Positions 17,765 to 28,200 of a DNA stretch of 64,000 bases are shown here, piece after piece. The position numbers were made by a program, and so were the translations under genes. The notes under the pieces are model-generated. The model saw nothing but the letters and a program-made list of their open reading frames with translations. It searched no databases and was not told the origin of the DNA. Each line of letters opens with the position of its first letter. Position 1 is the first letter of the stretch. The DNA lies in NCBI RefSeq assembly GCF_058153355.1, contig NZ_CM177019.1, one strand, 5' to 3'.

Positions 17765-20700
17765 TTAATGGAAAATGACGTCAGGTGCGCTTAACGCTTC
17801 ACTCAAATCAAACGTATCGAGTTCGGCAAAAGTGACAGATTTATTGTCACGGTACACTCGAAGAGAACGGAAGCTCATTAGCGCTTTGCTATCAGCACTG
17901 TAGTGGTTAAAACCGGGTGAAAACTTAAGGACCAGCCGATACTCGCCCAGGTCATAGACACATGCGTCCTCAAAACCTGACTCCCAGCCTTTGTATCGCA
18001 TTCCCATAAGTTGCCCAACGGTTGCGGATTTACCTTCCCAGCGAGTCAGGCTGTTACTGGCTGACTCGTCAGGTGTGAGCAGCACTGTGCGCCGCATCAA
18101 CTGGCGAAAAGGCGGCATAATTTCGTAATCGGCAAAAACCTGTGCAAATTCACTGCGCATTTCTGCTGTCATTTCTAACGGGTGGGCAATGCCAATCAGA
18201 GCATCCGCAGGCAGGTCAATTGGCTCATCTTGTGCGTTGCAGAACTCCCCCTCAGCGGCCACGCGAAAGGCGTTGAGTAAACGACGCGGTTCATTTGCCG
18301 GATAAACCGCCCATATTAATCGCTGAGTAACCAGGCGAGTAAAGGGATGATTAACAAACAGAGAATGAAAATCTGCCAGCGACCAGCGTCGGGTGGTGCG
18401 TAGGGCAGTTTCAAGACGCGGGAGCAGGTTTTTGCTCACCTGAGTGGCATCTTTTTTTAGCCCTTTTAGTCGGGCCAGTGCCTCGGGTGCTTTCAGCTGA
18501 TCGTCATCGGCGCGCAACCGGGGAACACTTTTCTGGCGAACGTTTTGCTGATCAAAGATAACCGGGTTGAGGTTTTCATCGAAGCGAACGGTAAACTGCC
18601 GGGGTCCAAAATCAAATATCAACGCCTGCGGATCATCCAGGCCCAGTGTTGGGACTAATCTGTCCGCTAACTCTTCCTGGCTTAGTCCACGATTTTCTGC
18701 GACCACCTGAAGAAATTCCGCCGCGTTATCACGTAAGGGACGGGATTTCGCCCGTTGCGATATATGATGCAGCTGTATCAGCGCCATATCATTATTCATC
18801 AGGGTAAGTATGTTCAGGCCACTGACGGCGCGGGCAGATTTGCCTTCCTGTGGCCAGGCGAGGATCTGTGTTGTCAGATCCCGAGCCGTGCTTTCGTCAC
18901 CAAAGAGACTTAACGCCAAAAAAGCCCAGTTGTCTTTTGCGGGGGCGCCAGCCTGTTGCCAGGCGGTGAAGAGATCCCAGGCAAAAGCGGCCAGCGTTTG
19001 TGGCTGGCAGAACGTTTTCAGTTGTTCCAGCCCACAATAAAAACGTCCGCCCTGGGTAAAGCGCAGCATTTCGCCGATAATTTCCAGAGCATCATCAGTA
19101 ACATGTTGATTATTCGTGATAATTCTCGGTCTGGACCACATTGTCGGATGCCAGAAATCAGGGGCTTTGGGAATGCGTGCCGGGTAAATGTCCATTGGAC
19201 CCTGTTTAAGTAATTGCTCCAGGGCAGGCCATACATCTGTATGCTGCCAGCGGTTTGCCACGGTTTGCAGTAATTCGCCATGCCCTTGTTCATACAGTAA
19301 ACGCAGAGCGCTGAGTGCCGCTTCGCTGTTATCGCCAGACCTGGCAAAGATTAATGGGATCAGCGCCGTAGCCGTATGCTCCGGCCATTGTAAAATCCAC
19401 TGGCGAGCCAGATTACGCTGGCCCGCAAAACGATGCCAGACGCGGGCAACGGGCAGCGCCAGTTCTGTTGCGCCAAAATGAATCAGCAGCGGAAATATCT
19501 CTTTGGGATGTCGGGCAAAGGCGGTGATTAATCCGGGCAAAGCATCGGTACCCAGGACACTTAACAGATATTCTACCCCGGTGTAATGAAAATCAGCCGC
19601 GACAATTTGTTGCCAGCACGATACCGCCATTTCGCGCGGCATTTGCGCGATAAGATACAGGTTCCATACTCCCCAACGCTTTTCATCAGTGTAATTAAAT
19701 TTGCGTTGGAAAGTTCGCCACCCCTCCATCAACGCAACACTATCTTGTGCCAGTAATGCGCTGGCGGCCTCTTCCCGGTAGTGTTTATTTTCATTCTGTT
19801 TTGCCTGATAATTGAGCAATCTTCCTACTGAAGTATGTGTCTCTAGTTGATCGGTATCCAGAGCATCCAATTGTCCTTTGAGAATAAACTCATTAAACTT
19901 CCACCTGTGATCTTCAAAACCTAATTCCCGCAAGAAGGTATCCGCCCCTCTGTTAGCAAGACGTTCGTCAAAAGACATGGCGCTAAAATGGTCAATTGCA
20001 GTTTGCTGTTCCGGCGTCCAGTGTTTATTCGGCGACCTGTACGCTTGCGGTACAAGCGTAAGTTCAGGTAGCGAAAAGTGAGTTATGGAAGCCTTTTTCC
20101 TGCCACGCCACGGTGGTGAAACGAGGATTTCAGGCAGACTACTGTTATCGGTGCTATCAATAACCGGTTTTGGCGAAGCCGATAAATAACTATTCACCAC
20201 TGCCCGGGCTTGAGTACTTAACGACGGGATCACCTCTTCTGCCAGTTGTGGCTGCGATGCCATCAGCGTTTGTAACAGCGTACGCCAGTATTCATCACGT
20301 GCTTTTTGCTGTGCAGGCAGCTTTTTGTCTTCGATGATAGGATAACCAGGGCGCGTAGGGGGGGCTTTTAACGCCAGTAGTTCTGCCAGTGCGGCGAGCG
20401 TCGCATGGGGAAAGTTTTTACTGTATTTAGCCACACGCTGCAGGCTGGGTTTGTTTTTATCGGCAACTAACAGCAAGATGCGAATAACTTGCGGATGGTT
20501 AATTTGTACCAGCAGGCTACCGCAATCTTCTTTATGGGCATACATCGCGAGGCGTGGAACGGCTGCAATTCCTTGTTCGCGCAAAAGGGCGGCGCAGGCC
20601 GCGTAGCCGAAGTGGTTTTCATGCGACATGTAGCTGGCTTCGCGATCGCTAAATATATCCTGGCTCCAGTAGCGTTCGAGTTTTCTCACCGCTCTGGGGT

Positions 20701-21421
20701 CATTAGCAACAACTTTTAACCACTCCTTAGAATGAAAATGAGTCCGCGGGCATTCAAGGCCTACCAACTCATTGGCGATTTCTGGTTTCTCCGGGAGGAT
20801 GAGTGCAATAAAAGGACGGCGAACTTGGGGTAGTCCTGGCAGTGCGGCAATGAGTTTGTCGGCGCAACGCTGCCAGCAGCTTTCCTCTGCCAGAGAGAGA
20901 GGCTTACGCAGTCGGAGATCGAATTCGTTATAGGTTTCTGAGCGATAACCATAACCATAGCCATAGTCCTCCTTCTGATACTGCAATGTTACTACCAGAG
21001 GATCGTTCTCATAACACCGCGCAATAAACTGGCGTGCAATCACCACCTCAGTCGCATATTCCAGCCCCTCTTGTTGGACGATTTCGTCGAGCAACTGTTG
21101 GCTGTCATTTTGCGCGATACAGGCTAGCGCCGCCATTGTCCGGGCCGGAATTGAGGGTTTGTGCTCGCCGATCAAGTTGATGGCTTGCGTAATGGCCGAC
21201 TGCCACTCCAGTGAAAAATTTTCATAACGCCAGACAATGTTTTTTTTCTTCTCAGCAATGTGTAGCAATTTATCACCCAGTGTCTGGATGAGGCTTTCAG
21301 TGATAACAGGCACCGGTTCGCCCGGCCAATTGCGATGGCTGAGTGGTGTTTTGCCTTTTTTATATTTCAGTTCCAGTTGGGCGTTATCCGCCAGCCACGG
21401 TAATTCCTTGTCCATGCTCAT
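17765..21421 (-). CDS. yehI: YehI, a ~1,216-aa MolR-family protein with a DUF4132-type C-terminal region and no N-terminal WGR domain
   Basis: 1218-aa ORF (alternative ATG at 21415). The C-terminal block FDFGPRQFTVRFDENL…RRWSLADF…FADYEIMPPFRQL is shared with the two upstream paralogs. The start lies 3 nt after the upstream stop. Confidence 0.85.
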   Translation of the reverse strand: MSMDKELPWLADNAQLELKYKKGKTPLSHRNWPGEPVPVITESLIQTLGDKLLHIAEKKKNIVWRYENFSLEWQSAITQAINLIGEHKPSIPARTMAALACIAQNDSQQLLDEIVQQEGLEYATEVVIARQFIARCYENDPLVVTLQYQKEDYGYGYGYRSETYNEFDLRLRKPLSLAEESCWQRCADKLIAALPGLPQVRRPFIALILPEKPEIANELVGLECPRTHFHSKEWLKVVANDPRAVRKLERYWSQDIFSDREASYMSHENHFGYAACAALLREQGIAAVPRLAMYAHKEDCGSLLVQINHPQVIRILLLVADKNKPSLQRVAKYSKNFPHATLAALAELLALKAPPTRPGYPIIEDKKLPAQQKARDEYWRTLLQTLMASQPQLAEEVIPSLSTQARAVVNSYLSASPKPVIDSTDNSSLPEILVSPPWRGRKKASITHFSLPELTLVPQAYRSPNKHWTPEQQTAIDHFSAMSFDERLANRGADTFLRELGFEDHRWKFNEFILKGQLDALDTDQLETHTSVGRLLNYQAKQNENKHYREEAASALLAQDSVALMEGWRTFQRKFNYTDEKRWGVWNLYLIAQMPREMAVSCWQQIVAADFHYTGVEYLLSVLGTDALPGLITAFARHPKEIFPLLIHFGATELALPVARVWHRFAGQRNLARQWILQWPEHTATALIPLIFARSGDNSEAALSALRLLYEQGHGELLQTVANRWQHTDVWPALEQLLKQGPMDIYPARIPKAPDFWHPTMWSRPRIITNNQHVTDDALEIIGEMLRFTQGGRFYCGLEQLKTFCQPQTLAAFAWDLFTAWQQAGAPAKDNWAFLALSLFGDESTARDLTTQILAWPQEGKSARAVSGLNILTLMNNDMALIQLHHISQRAKSRPLRDNAAEFLQVVAENRGLSQEELADRLVPTLGLDDPQALIFDFGPRQFTVRFDENLNPVIFDQQNVRQKSVPRLRADDDQLKAPEALARLKGLKKDATQVSKNLLPRLETALRTTRRWSLADFHSLFVNHPFTRLVTQRLIWAVYPANEPRRLLNAFRVAAEGEFCNAQDEPIDLPADALIGIAHPLEMTAEMRSEFAQVFADYEIMPPFRQLMRRTVLLTPDESASNSLTRWEGKSATVGQLMGMRYKGWESGFEDACVYDLGEYRLVLKFSPGFNHYSADSKALMSFRSLRVYRDNKSVTFAELDTFDLSEALSAPDVIFH

Positions 21422-21424
21422 TCC

Positions 21425-24400
21425 TTATTCAAACAGGGCTTCGATGTCGTTAATTAACTCGCTAGCGGTGATGTCATCGAGTGCGGAGAACTGCGCTTCC
21501 TGTGTTGAATTAATCCCCCAGCCATAGCTTTCTGCTTTGCCTTCCCATAGCCACAGCTTGCTTAAGAGTTGCTCGGCACTGAGTTCGGCTGGCGACATAC
21601 CAACTGCAAATCCTTCATCGATTTCCATGATTAATGACCAGCGGCCCAGAGGTTTGATCATCCAGCCGATCCAGCCACCGTCCTGCGGTTCACCACGCAT
21701 CCAGCCTTTATTCGCCAGCCCCATTACCCGACCGCTCGGGCATTTTCTGCCTGCCCAGCGGGTCAATTCGCTGGCATTGCGCTCGGTTTCTGTCAGGGCG
21801 TAACTGTTACGGTCGAGCTGGCGGAACGGCGGTAGCAGTTCGTAGTCGGCAAAAAGCTGACCAAAGGCGGCAGCATCCGTGGGTGATATTTCCAGAACGT
21901 GAGGAATGCCAACAGAGATATCGCCTTCCGGCAGGGTGAAAAGATCATCGTCAGCGGTGCTGTAGCTGTTATCTTCCGCCACACGGAAGCACGCCAGTAA
22001 CTGGTTGTCTGCGCTATAAATGCCCCAAATCAGACGGCGGGTTAAGTGGCAGACCAGCGGATGCTCAACCAGAAAGAGCTGAAAGTTTTCTGGCGACCAG
22101 CGGCGGCGCAGGCACATGGCGGATTCCAGCCTTGCCACCTGCTGGGCGGCAACGGTACGCGCATCTTTTTTCAGCAGTTTGTAGCGGTTAACTGCATCGT
22201 TCGCTTGAGTTTCATCATCGCTTTTGTTCGGTTTAGGCAAGTCTTTCAGGCGGCTGCCGGAAGCATCACGCACAAACGGTTTTAAGGTTTCATCAAAGCT
22301 GACGGTGAACTGCCGTGGCCCGAAATCCAGCAGCAGCGAACCGTTATCATCCAGACCGAGATCCGGTGCTAACCGGTCTTCAAGCTCCGCCACCGTGAGT
22401 TCGCGGCTCTCGGCAATGTCGGCAATTTTTTCTTTTGCCCGCTCCTGTAATGCTTTGAATTTCAGTTTCTGGGCGATGCCGTTAAGCTGCATCAGGGCGA
22501 TATCACTACCGATAGCAGCGAGAATATCCAGCCCGACGGTGGCGCGTTTATGCTGGGATTCACCAGGCCAGGCGCGAATCAAAGGCGTCAGTTTGCGGGC
22601 GGTATCATCGTTGCCGAGAACACCTAACGCAGTGAACGCCCAGCTTTCTTTCGACGGTGCGCCAGCGGTCTGCCAGGCGGTAAACAGATCCCAGGCAAAT
22701 TCAGCCAGTGAGTCGGCGGTACAGGCATCTTTCACCTGCAATAACCCCGCATACAGAGCCTCTTCCTGAGGGAAGCGGAGCATTTCACCGAGGTGGAGGA
22801 GGGCGTTATCTGGCAGTGATTGGGCGTTTGCTTTTAATACCGGGCGTGTCCAGAGCGATGGCTGATAAAAGGCCGGAAGTGTCGGGATTTTAGTCGGGTG
22901 ATTATCTAAGGGATCGAGCGCAAGTAGAGCGTTCACCGCATCGGTTACTTCCGGCTGGTTATAACGCTGGGCGATTTCTTGCAGTAATGACGGATAACCA
23001 CTTTCAATCAACATACGTAAGGCGGCGCGGGCGTTATCCTGGGCTTCACCAGCTTTGCCGAGTGCCGCAGGCAACAGGCCGATAATGGCATGTTCCGGAT
23101 ATTTCAGCAGCCAGGTGCGGGCGTCTTGTCGTAGAGTTTTGAGTTTGTTAAAGGCGCGGGCGACGGCAGGAGCCAGTTCCGTTGCGGCAAAATAATTAGC
23201 AACCGCAAAACCTTCTTGAGGGTAGCGTGAAAACGAGTGTAGAAAACCACTCATACCTGCCAGTCGCAAATAAAGCATGACAGGTTTTACCGCGGTATGC
23301 GGCTCTTTGCTGAGAAACTCCCATAGTTTAATCGCTGTTTGCATAGGTAAAAAGGGAAGTGAGTTGAGATGCCACTCCCCCTGATACGGTGCATGGTGGG
23401 CTTTAAACATTTGGATGAGTGTAGCGAAGTCCTCACGTTCCCATGCGTCAATTGCCGAGTCAGAAGCGCCGATATATTTATATGTGTCAAAATCCCAGCG
23501 GCGATACCCCAGCGAGTAAAGGAAATCTTTAGCACCTTCACCTGGCTTATGCGATTCCCAGTCCCAATGAGTTTGAAACTCTTTTGCTTCTGTGTCGGTT
23601 ATTGTGCATATGGATTTGAGTTTGAGCGGTGCTAAATCCAACACCGGAATCGTCGATTTTTTCTTTTTCGAAAGCCAGGGAGGTAAGACTAATACGGCTG
23701 GCAGTAGAGCGGCGCAGGCATGGTTTGACGGTTGTATCAGTTGTTGCTGGCATGATTTCAGCACTTCAACTGCGGCTGTCGAGAGCCAGGGAGTGACCTG
23801 TTCTGCCAGTGCCGGTTGCGAGATAAGCATCGTCATTAGCATAATGCGCCAAGTATTCTCTTCTTTTTGCGCAAGAAGTTCCGCCAGTGCCGCCAGTGCT
23901 GCGTGTGGGAACGCAGCGCAAGCTTTCGTCATCCGATCGTGACAGCGTTTAGTTTGCCCGGCTACACGTATGAGCAGTGTTAATGCGAACGGATGATTGA
24001 TATGACGCAATACATCTGCGCAGTAGTCACTTGCGGCATAGGGAGCAAATCTGGGCAGGGCTGCAACACCTTGCTCCTGTAATACGGTGGCTGACAATAT
24101 CGCACCACAATAGTAATCATCAAAAATGGCATATGGCTCGTGATATTTTTCTAATGAGGCAAGAATGTGCTCATCAGTCGCCACTATTTTTAGCCACTCA
24201 AGCGAGGGTAATTTTTTTTTCCCCAGTAGACGCTGGGCAATTTCATGTGCAATTTCTGGTTTTTCGGGTAATAACAAAGCAATTAATGGTTGCCGCCATT
24301 CTGGAATATGTGGAATTGCGGCAATAAGTTTTTGTGCACATTTTTGCCAGAGAGACTCTTCCGCCAGTGATAAATGTTTCCGTAGGCGTAATTCAAAACT

Positions 24401-25213
24401 GGAATATTGCTGCAGGTTATCAGGTGCAATACCAGACGGCAGAATAATAATGGTATTATTCGCATAATCCCATTCAATATCAATCTGTTGAAGATGTATT
24501 ACTACATCAGTAGCATATTCCAGGCCACCTTCCTGAACGAGCTGATCCATAACATCCTCACGCTCTTTATATCTCGTGCACTTCAGTTCAAGTGCCGTGA
24601 GTACAGCCATTACTGGTGATGGTAACTGTGTTGTTTTCAGGCAGTCGATCTGACTGAGCGCCTGGGAGATGGCGTTTTGCCATTCTAAAGAACAGGCGCT
24701 GAAGTCAAATGTGGCTGTTTTATTATCCCGTTGCAACACGCTACAGGCTAAGCGGCGTAACTGGGTCAATTCGTCTGCTTGCTGAACAGGAACTCCGGGA
24801 AAGCGGCGATGGCTTAACGTGGTGTGTACAACTTCGGGCGGAAAAACGACAGCAATATCTTTCGCCAGCCACGGTAAAACATCATCTGTATTTTTGTCAG
24901 CCACACGGGCTTCTGCTACGCAAAAGGGTTGTTCCTGAATAATGGTGGATAAGGCCGCTACCTTGAGAGAATCCGTTACCGTTTGGGAAGGTTGCAAAGA
25001 ATTATCCTTCGCTTGCCCCACATACCCCTTCTTCACCTTCTCCGCAATCAGCCTCAGTTCCGCTTTTTCCGCCGCCGCAGCATCAGCAAAGCTTTTTACC
25101 TGGCTTTGCCCGTTGGTACTGACTTTGCCCCAACTAATATGCAGCTCGTTTCCCTGTTGCTCCACTGCCCAGAATTTATGTGATTTTTCGTCCTGATAAA
25201 TATAGGTTTTCAT
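21425..25213 (-). CDS. 1262-aa MolR/YehH-family protein: N-terminal WGR domain, helical-repeat middle, DUF4132-type C-terminus
   Basis: The N-terminus MKTYIYQDEKSHKFWAVEQQGNELHISWGKV…AEKVKKGY has the WGR signature. The C-terminal block LDFGPRQFTVSFDETLKP…RRWSPENF…FADYELLPPFRQL is conserved. The start lies 12 nt after the upstream paralog. Confidence 0.85.
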   Translation of the reverse strand: MKTYIYQDEKSHKFWAVEQQGNELHISWGKVSTNGQSQVKSFADAAAAEKAELRLIAEKVKKGYVGQAKDNSLQPSQTVTDSLKVAALSTIIQEQPFCVAEARVADKNTDDVLPWLAKDIAVVFPPEVVHTTLSHRRFPGVPVQQADELTQLRRLACSVLQRDNKTATFDFSACSLEWQNAISQALSQIDCLKTTQLPSPVMAVLTALELKCTRYKEREDVMDQLVQEGGLEYATDVVIHLQQIDIEWDYANNTIIILPSGIAPDNLQQYSSFELRLRKHLSLAEESLWQKCAQKLIAAIPHIPEWRQPLIALLLPEKPEIAHEIAQRLLGKKKLPSLEWLKIVATDEHILASLEKYHEPYAIFDDYYCGAILSATVLQEQGVAALPRFAPYAASDYCADVLRHINHPFALTLLIRVAGQTKRCHDRMTKACAAFPHAALAALAELLAQKEENTWRIMLMTMLISQPALAEQVTPWLSTAAVEVLKSCQQQLIQPSNHACAALLPAVLVLPPWLSKKKKSTIPVLDLAPLKLKSICTITDTEAKEFQTHWDWESHKPGEGAKDFLYSLGYRRWDFDTYKYIGASDSAIDAWEREDFATLIQMFKAHHAPYQGEWHLNSLPFLPMQTAIKLWEFLSKEPHTAVKPVMLYLRLAGMSGFLHSFSRYPQEGFAVANYFAATELAPAVARAFNKLKTLRQDARTWLLKYPEHAIIGLLPAALGKAGEAQDNARAALRMLIESGYPSLLQEIAQRYNQPEVTDAVNALLALDPLDNHPTKIPTLPAFYQPSLWTRPVLKANAQSLPDNALLHLGEMLRFPQEEALYAGLLQVKDACTADSLAEFAWDLFTAWQTAGAPSKESWAFTALGVLGNDDTARKLTPLIRAWPGESQHKRATVGLDILAAIGSDIALMQLNGIAQKLKFKALQERAKEKIADIAESRELTVAELEDRLAPDLGLDDNGSLLLDFGPRQFTVSFDETLKPFVRDASGSRLKDLPKPNKSDDETQANDAVNRYKLLKKDARTVAAQQVARLESAMCLRRRWSPENFQLFLVEHPLVCHLTRRLIWGIYSADNQLLACFRVAEDNSYSTADDDLFTLPEGDISVGIPHVLEISPTDAAAFGQLFADYELLPPFRQLDRNSYALTETERNASELTRWAGRKCPSGRVMGLANKGWMRGEPQDGGWIGWMIKPLGRWSLIMEIDEGFAVGMSPAELSAEQLLSKLWLWEGKAESYGWGINSTQEAQFSALDDITASELINDIEALFE

Positions 25214-25225
25214 TGCTAATTCCTT

Positions 25226-28200
25226 TTAATTAAACAGTGATTCAATGTCGTTAATCAGCTCGCTGGCGGTGATGTCGTCGAGTACGGAGAAAGTGGGTGA
25301 GGATTGCTTACCATAGCGATCATAAGGGGCGATGATTTTTACGCTTTCGACAGGCAGCAGGTCGCTATACCCCGTTTCGCCATAAATTAATGAAAAAGGT
25401 TCTGTTTCAAGTTCGAGAGCGCCATAAGGGGTAGATTTGCGCATCGCATAGACGCTGCCGCTTTCTTCCAGACGTTGCCAGCCTCTGCGTTCCAGCCCGA
25501 CAATGCGTCCGGCCTGGCAGAGACGTCCGTTCCAGCGTGACAATTCATGGACATTACGTTCGTTATCAGCAAGGTGGTAACTACCACGTTCGAGCTGTTG
25601 GAAGGGGGGAAGCAGTTCGTAATCAGCGTAAATTTGCCTGAATGCAGCGACAGATTCAGGGGGGATTTCCAGCATATGCGGAATACCGATGTTTCCTGCT
25701 GGTAGCGTGAATAGCTCATCCTGCATATCGCTGTAAGTGCTGTCTTCTGCGACCCGGAAGCAGGCAATCAGCGTGTTTTCCTCAGTATATACTCCCCATA
25801 ACAGCCGTCGGGTTAAGTGACGTACCAGCGGATGCTCCACCAGAAACAGGCGGAACTGTTCTGCCGTCCAGCGTCTGCGCTGGCACATAGCCTGCTCCAG
25901 ACGATCAATCTGCTGACTGGCAATGGCGCGCACATCTTTCTTCAATTGTTTGAAGAGGTTAACGGCGTCAGTTGCCAGTGTTTTATCATCGCTCTGATTT
26001 GGTTTGGGTAAATCTTTCAGGACTTTGCCGTTTGCATCGCGCACTACAGGTTTTAAGGTTTCGTCAAAACCAACGGTGAATTGACGTGGGCCGAAATCCA
26101 GTATCAGCGAGCCACTGCTATCAAGCCCTAAATCTGGAGCCAGGCGGTCTTCCAGTTCAGCCATTGTCAGTCCGCGATTTTCGGCGACCATATTGATTTT
26201 GTCGCGGGCGTGTTCCTGCAATGCTTTGAATTTAATTTTTTGTGCAATGCCATTAAGCAGCATCAGCGCAATATCGCTACCGATACTGGCTAACACATCC
26301 AGCCCAGAAACCGCACGTTTATGCTGGGATTCACCCGGCCAGACCCGGATAAGCGGGGTTAGTTTACGCGCGGTGTCGTCATTGCCTAAAATCCCCAGCG
26401 AGGTAAATGCCCAGTTTTCTTTTGCGGGCGCGCCAGATTCCATCCATGCCGTGTAGAGATCCCAGCCAAAGTCAGCCAGTGATTCCCGGGTGAAGGTCTC
26501 TTTGATGATCGCCAGCCCAGCGTAGGAGGTAATGTCGCGTGGAAAGCTCAATATTGTGCCCAGGTGGCGCATAGCGTCATCGGGCAGAGGCAGGTTGTTA
26601 CTTTTAAGCCGTGGTCTGCGCCATAAGGTGAACTGATAAAAGCCGGGCAGTGGGGCGATTTTTGCAGGATATTCTTCCAGTGGATCGCTATCGAACAATG
26701 TTGCCAGCGCAGCTAAAACATCAGGTTGATTATATCCCCGGGCGATTTCCTCAATCGTTTCTCGCTGGTTTAAATTCACCAGCAGGCGAAGCGCCTGGCG
26801 GGCACAATCACGATCTTTTCCTTTTTTGCCCAGGGCCACAGGAAGTAGCCCGGCGGCGGCATGGTGTGGGAAGTTAGCCAGCCATTTTCGGGCATCTTCA
26901 TAAGACATTTTTTTCTGTAATCGCTGCGCCATCGGTAATGCTAATTCGCTGACGCCCAGGAAAAGGGTGAATATCCACAACTGTTGTGGCTTACGTTGCA
27001 GACATTTCATAAACGCAGGAATGGCCGCATCACCAAAAATCGCCAGAATTTCTCTCTCGCCGGAGAATTGCTCTTCATTAATTATTTGATTGAGAAAAGA
27101 AATAGCATGCTGAGTGGGTAGGAAGCAGAGCGCGTACAACTGCCAGTGTCTGCTTCCTTTATTATGGTATTGCGCAAACTCTGCTTTCAGCGCGGGGAAA
27201 TCGAAACGTAACAGGGCCTCAACTGCGCTTTGTGGCATTATTTTTTTTTCGTATTGTTCTTCTCCGGTTCTGCTCCATTCCTTAAACCCCAGTCGCCAAA
27301 GGATTTGCTGTTCTGGCGTTAAAGGGATGAAAGACGTTTCCCAGCTTTCCTTTTCAATTAGTGGCAGATCGGTAAATAAGGTTTGCTGTGATGCCTGATA
27401 TTTCGCGATTTCACTGAATCTGGATATGTCAGTGTGACTGATTAACTCTGTAATTCCAGGTGTGATGTCAGTGACGGAAGGGATGGGAAGTACCGGTAAA
27501 TCAAATACGGGTATTACATTCTTTTTCTTATTTATTGCCCACGGTGGAGCGACAAGCAGTTCTGGCAACATATTCGCAGTGGCATACTCACATTCTTTAG
27601 CTACTGACTGAGGACGACATTCAGATAAGATGCCTGCCGCTTTAGCATTAACCCAGGGAATGACGTCGCGTACTAACTCTGGCGTGACGGTAACCAGTTT
27701 GACAAGCGCGTTGCGCCACTGTGCATCTTCATGTATTGCCAGCAAAGTAGCATAAGCGGCAATAGCCGCAGCGGGATGTTTTTGGCAGGCTTTGCTTAAG
27801 TATTCCAGGTGCTTTTTCTTGCCATTTACACCGAGGATCAGAATTTGAATCGCATCCGGGTGATTCGTTTTCCATAGCCATTTGACAAGATCTTCAGTCT
27901 CGCTGATGCGCTCGAAGAGATAAGTGGGATTGTCAGAATGCTCTTCCGTAAACTCAGTAAGTATCCGGCTTACACCGCGCCCCCCATTATTTGCCAGCAA
28001 CATTGCCAGATAAGCGCGAAAATCACGATACAACGGTGGGAAGTCGTATTTTTCTGCTGTAGTCAGAGCTATATCATCGGTTACTACCACTCTTAACCAG
28101 GTTATCGCCGGAACGTTTTGGTCTGCATAGCGTAGAGCCATAGCATTGGCAATATCCGGGCGTTCAGGGAGCAGTAACGCGGCAAAAGGTTGCCGTGCTG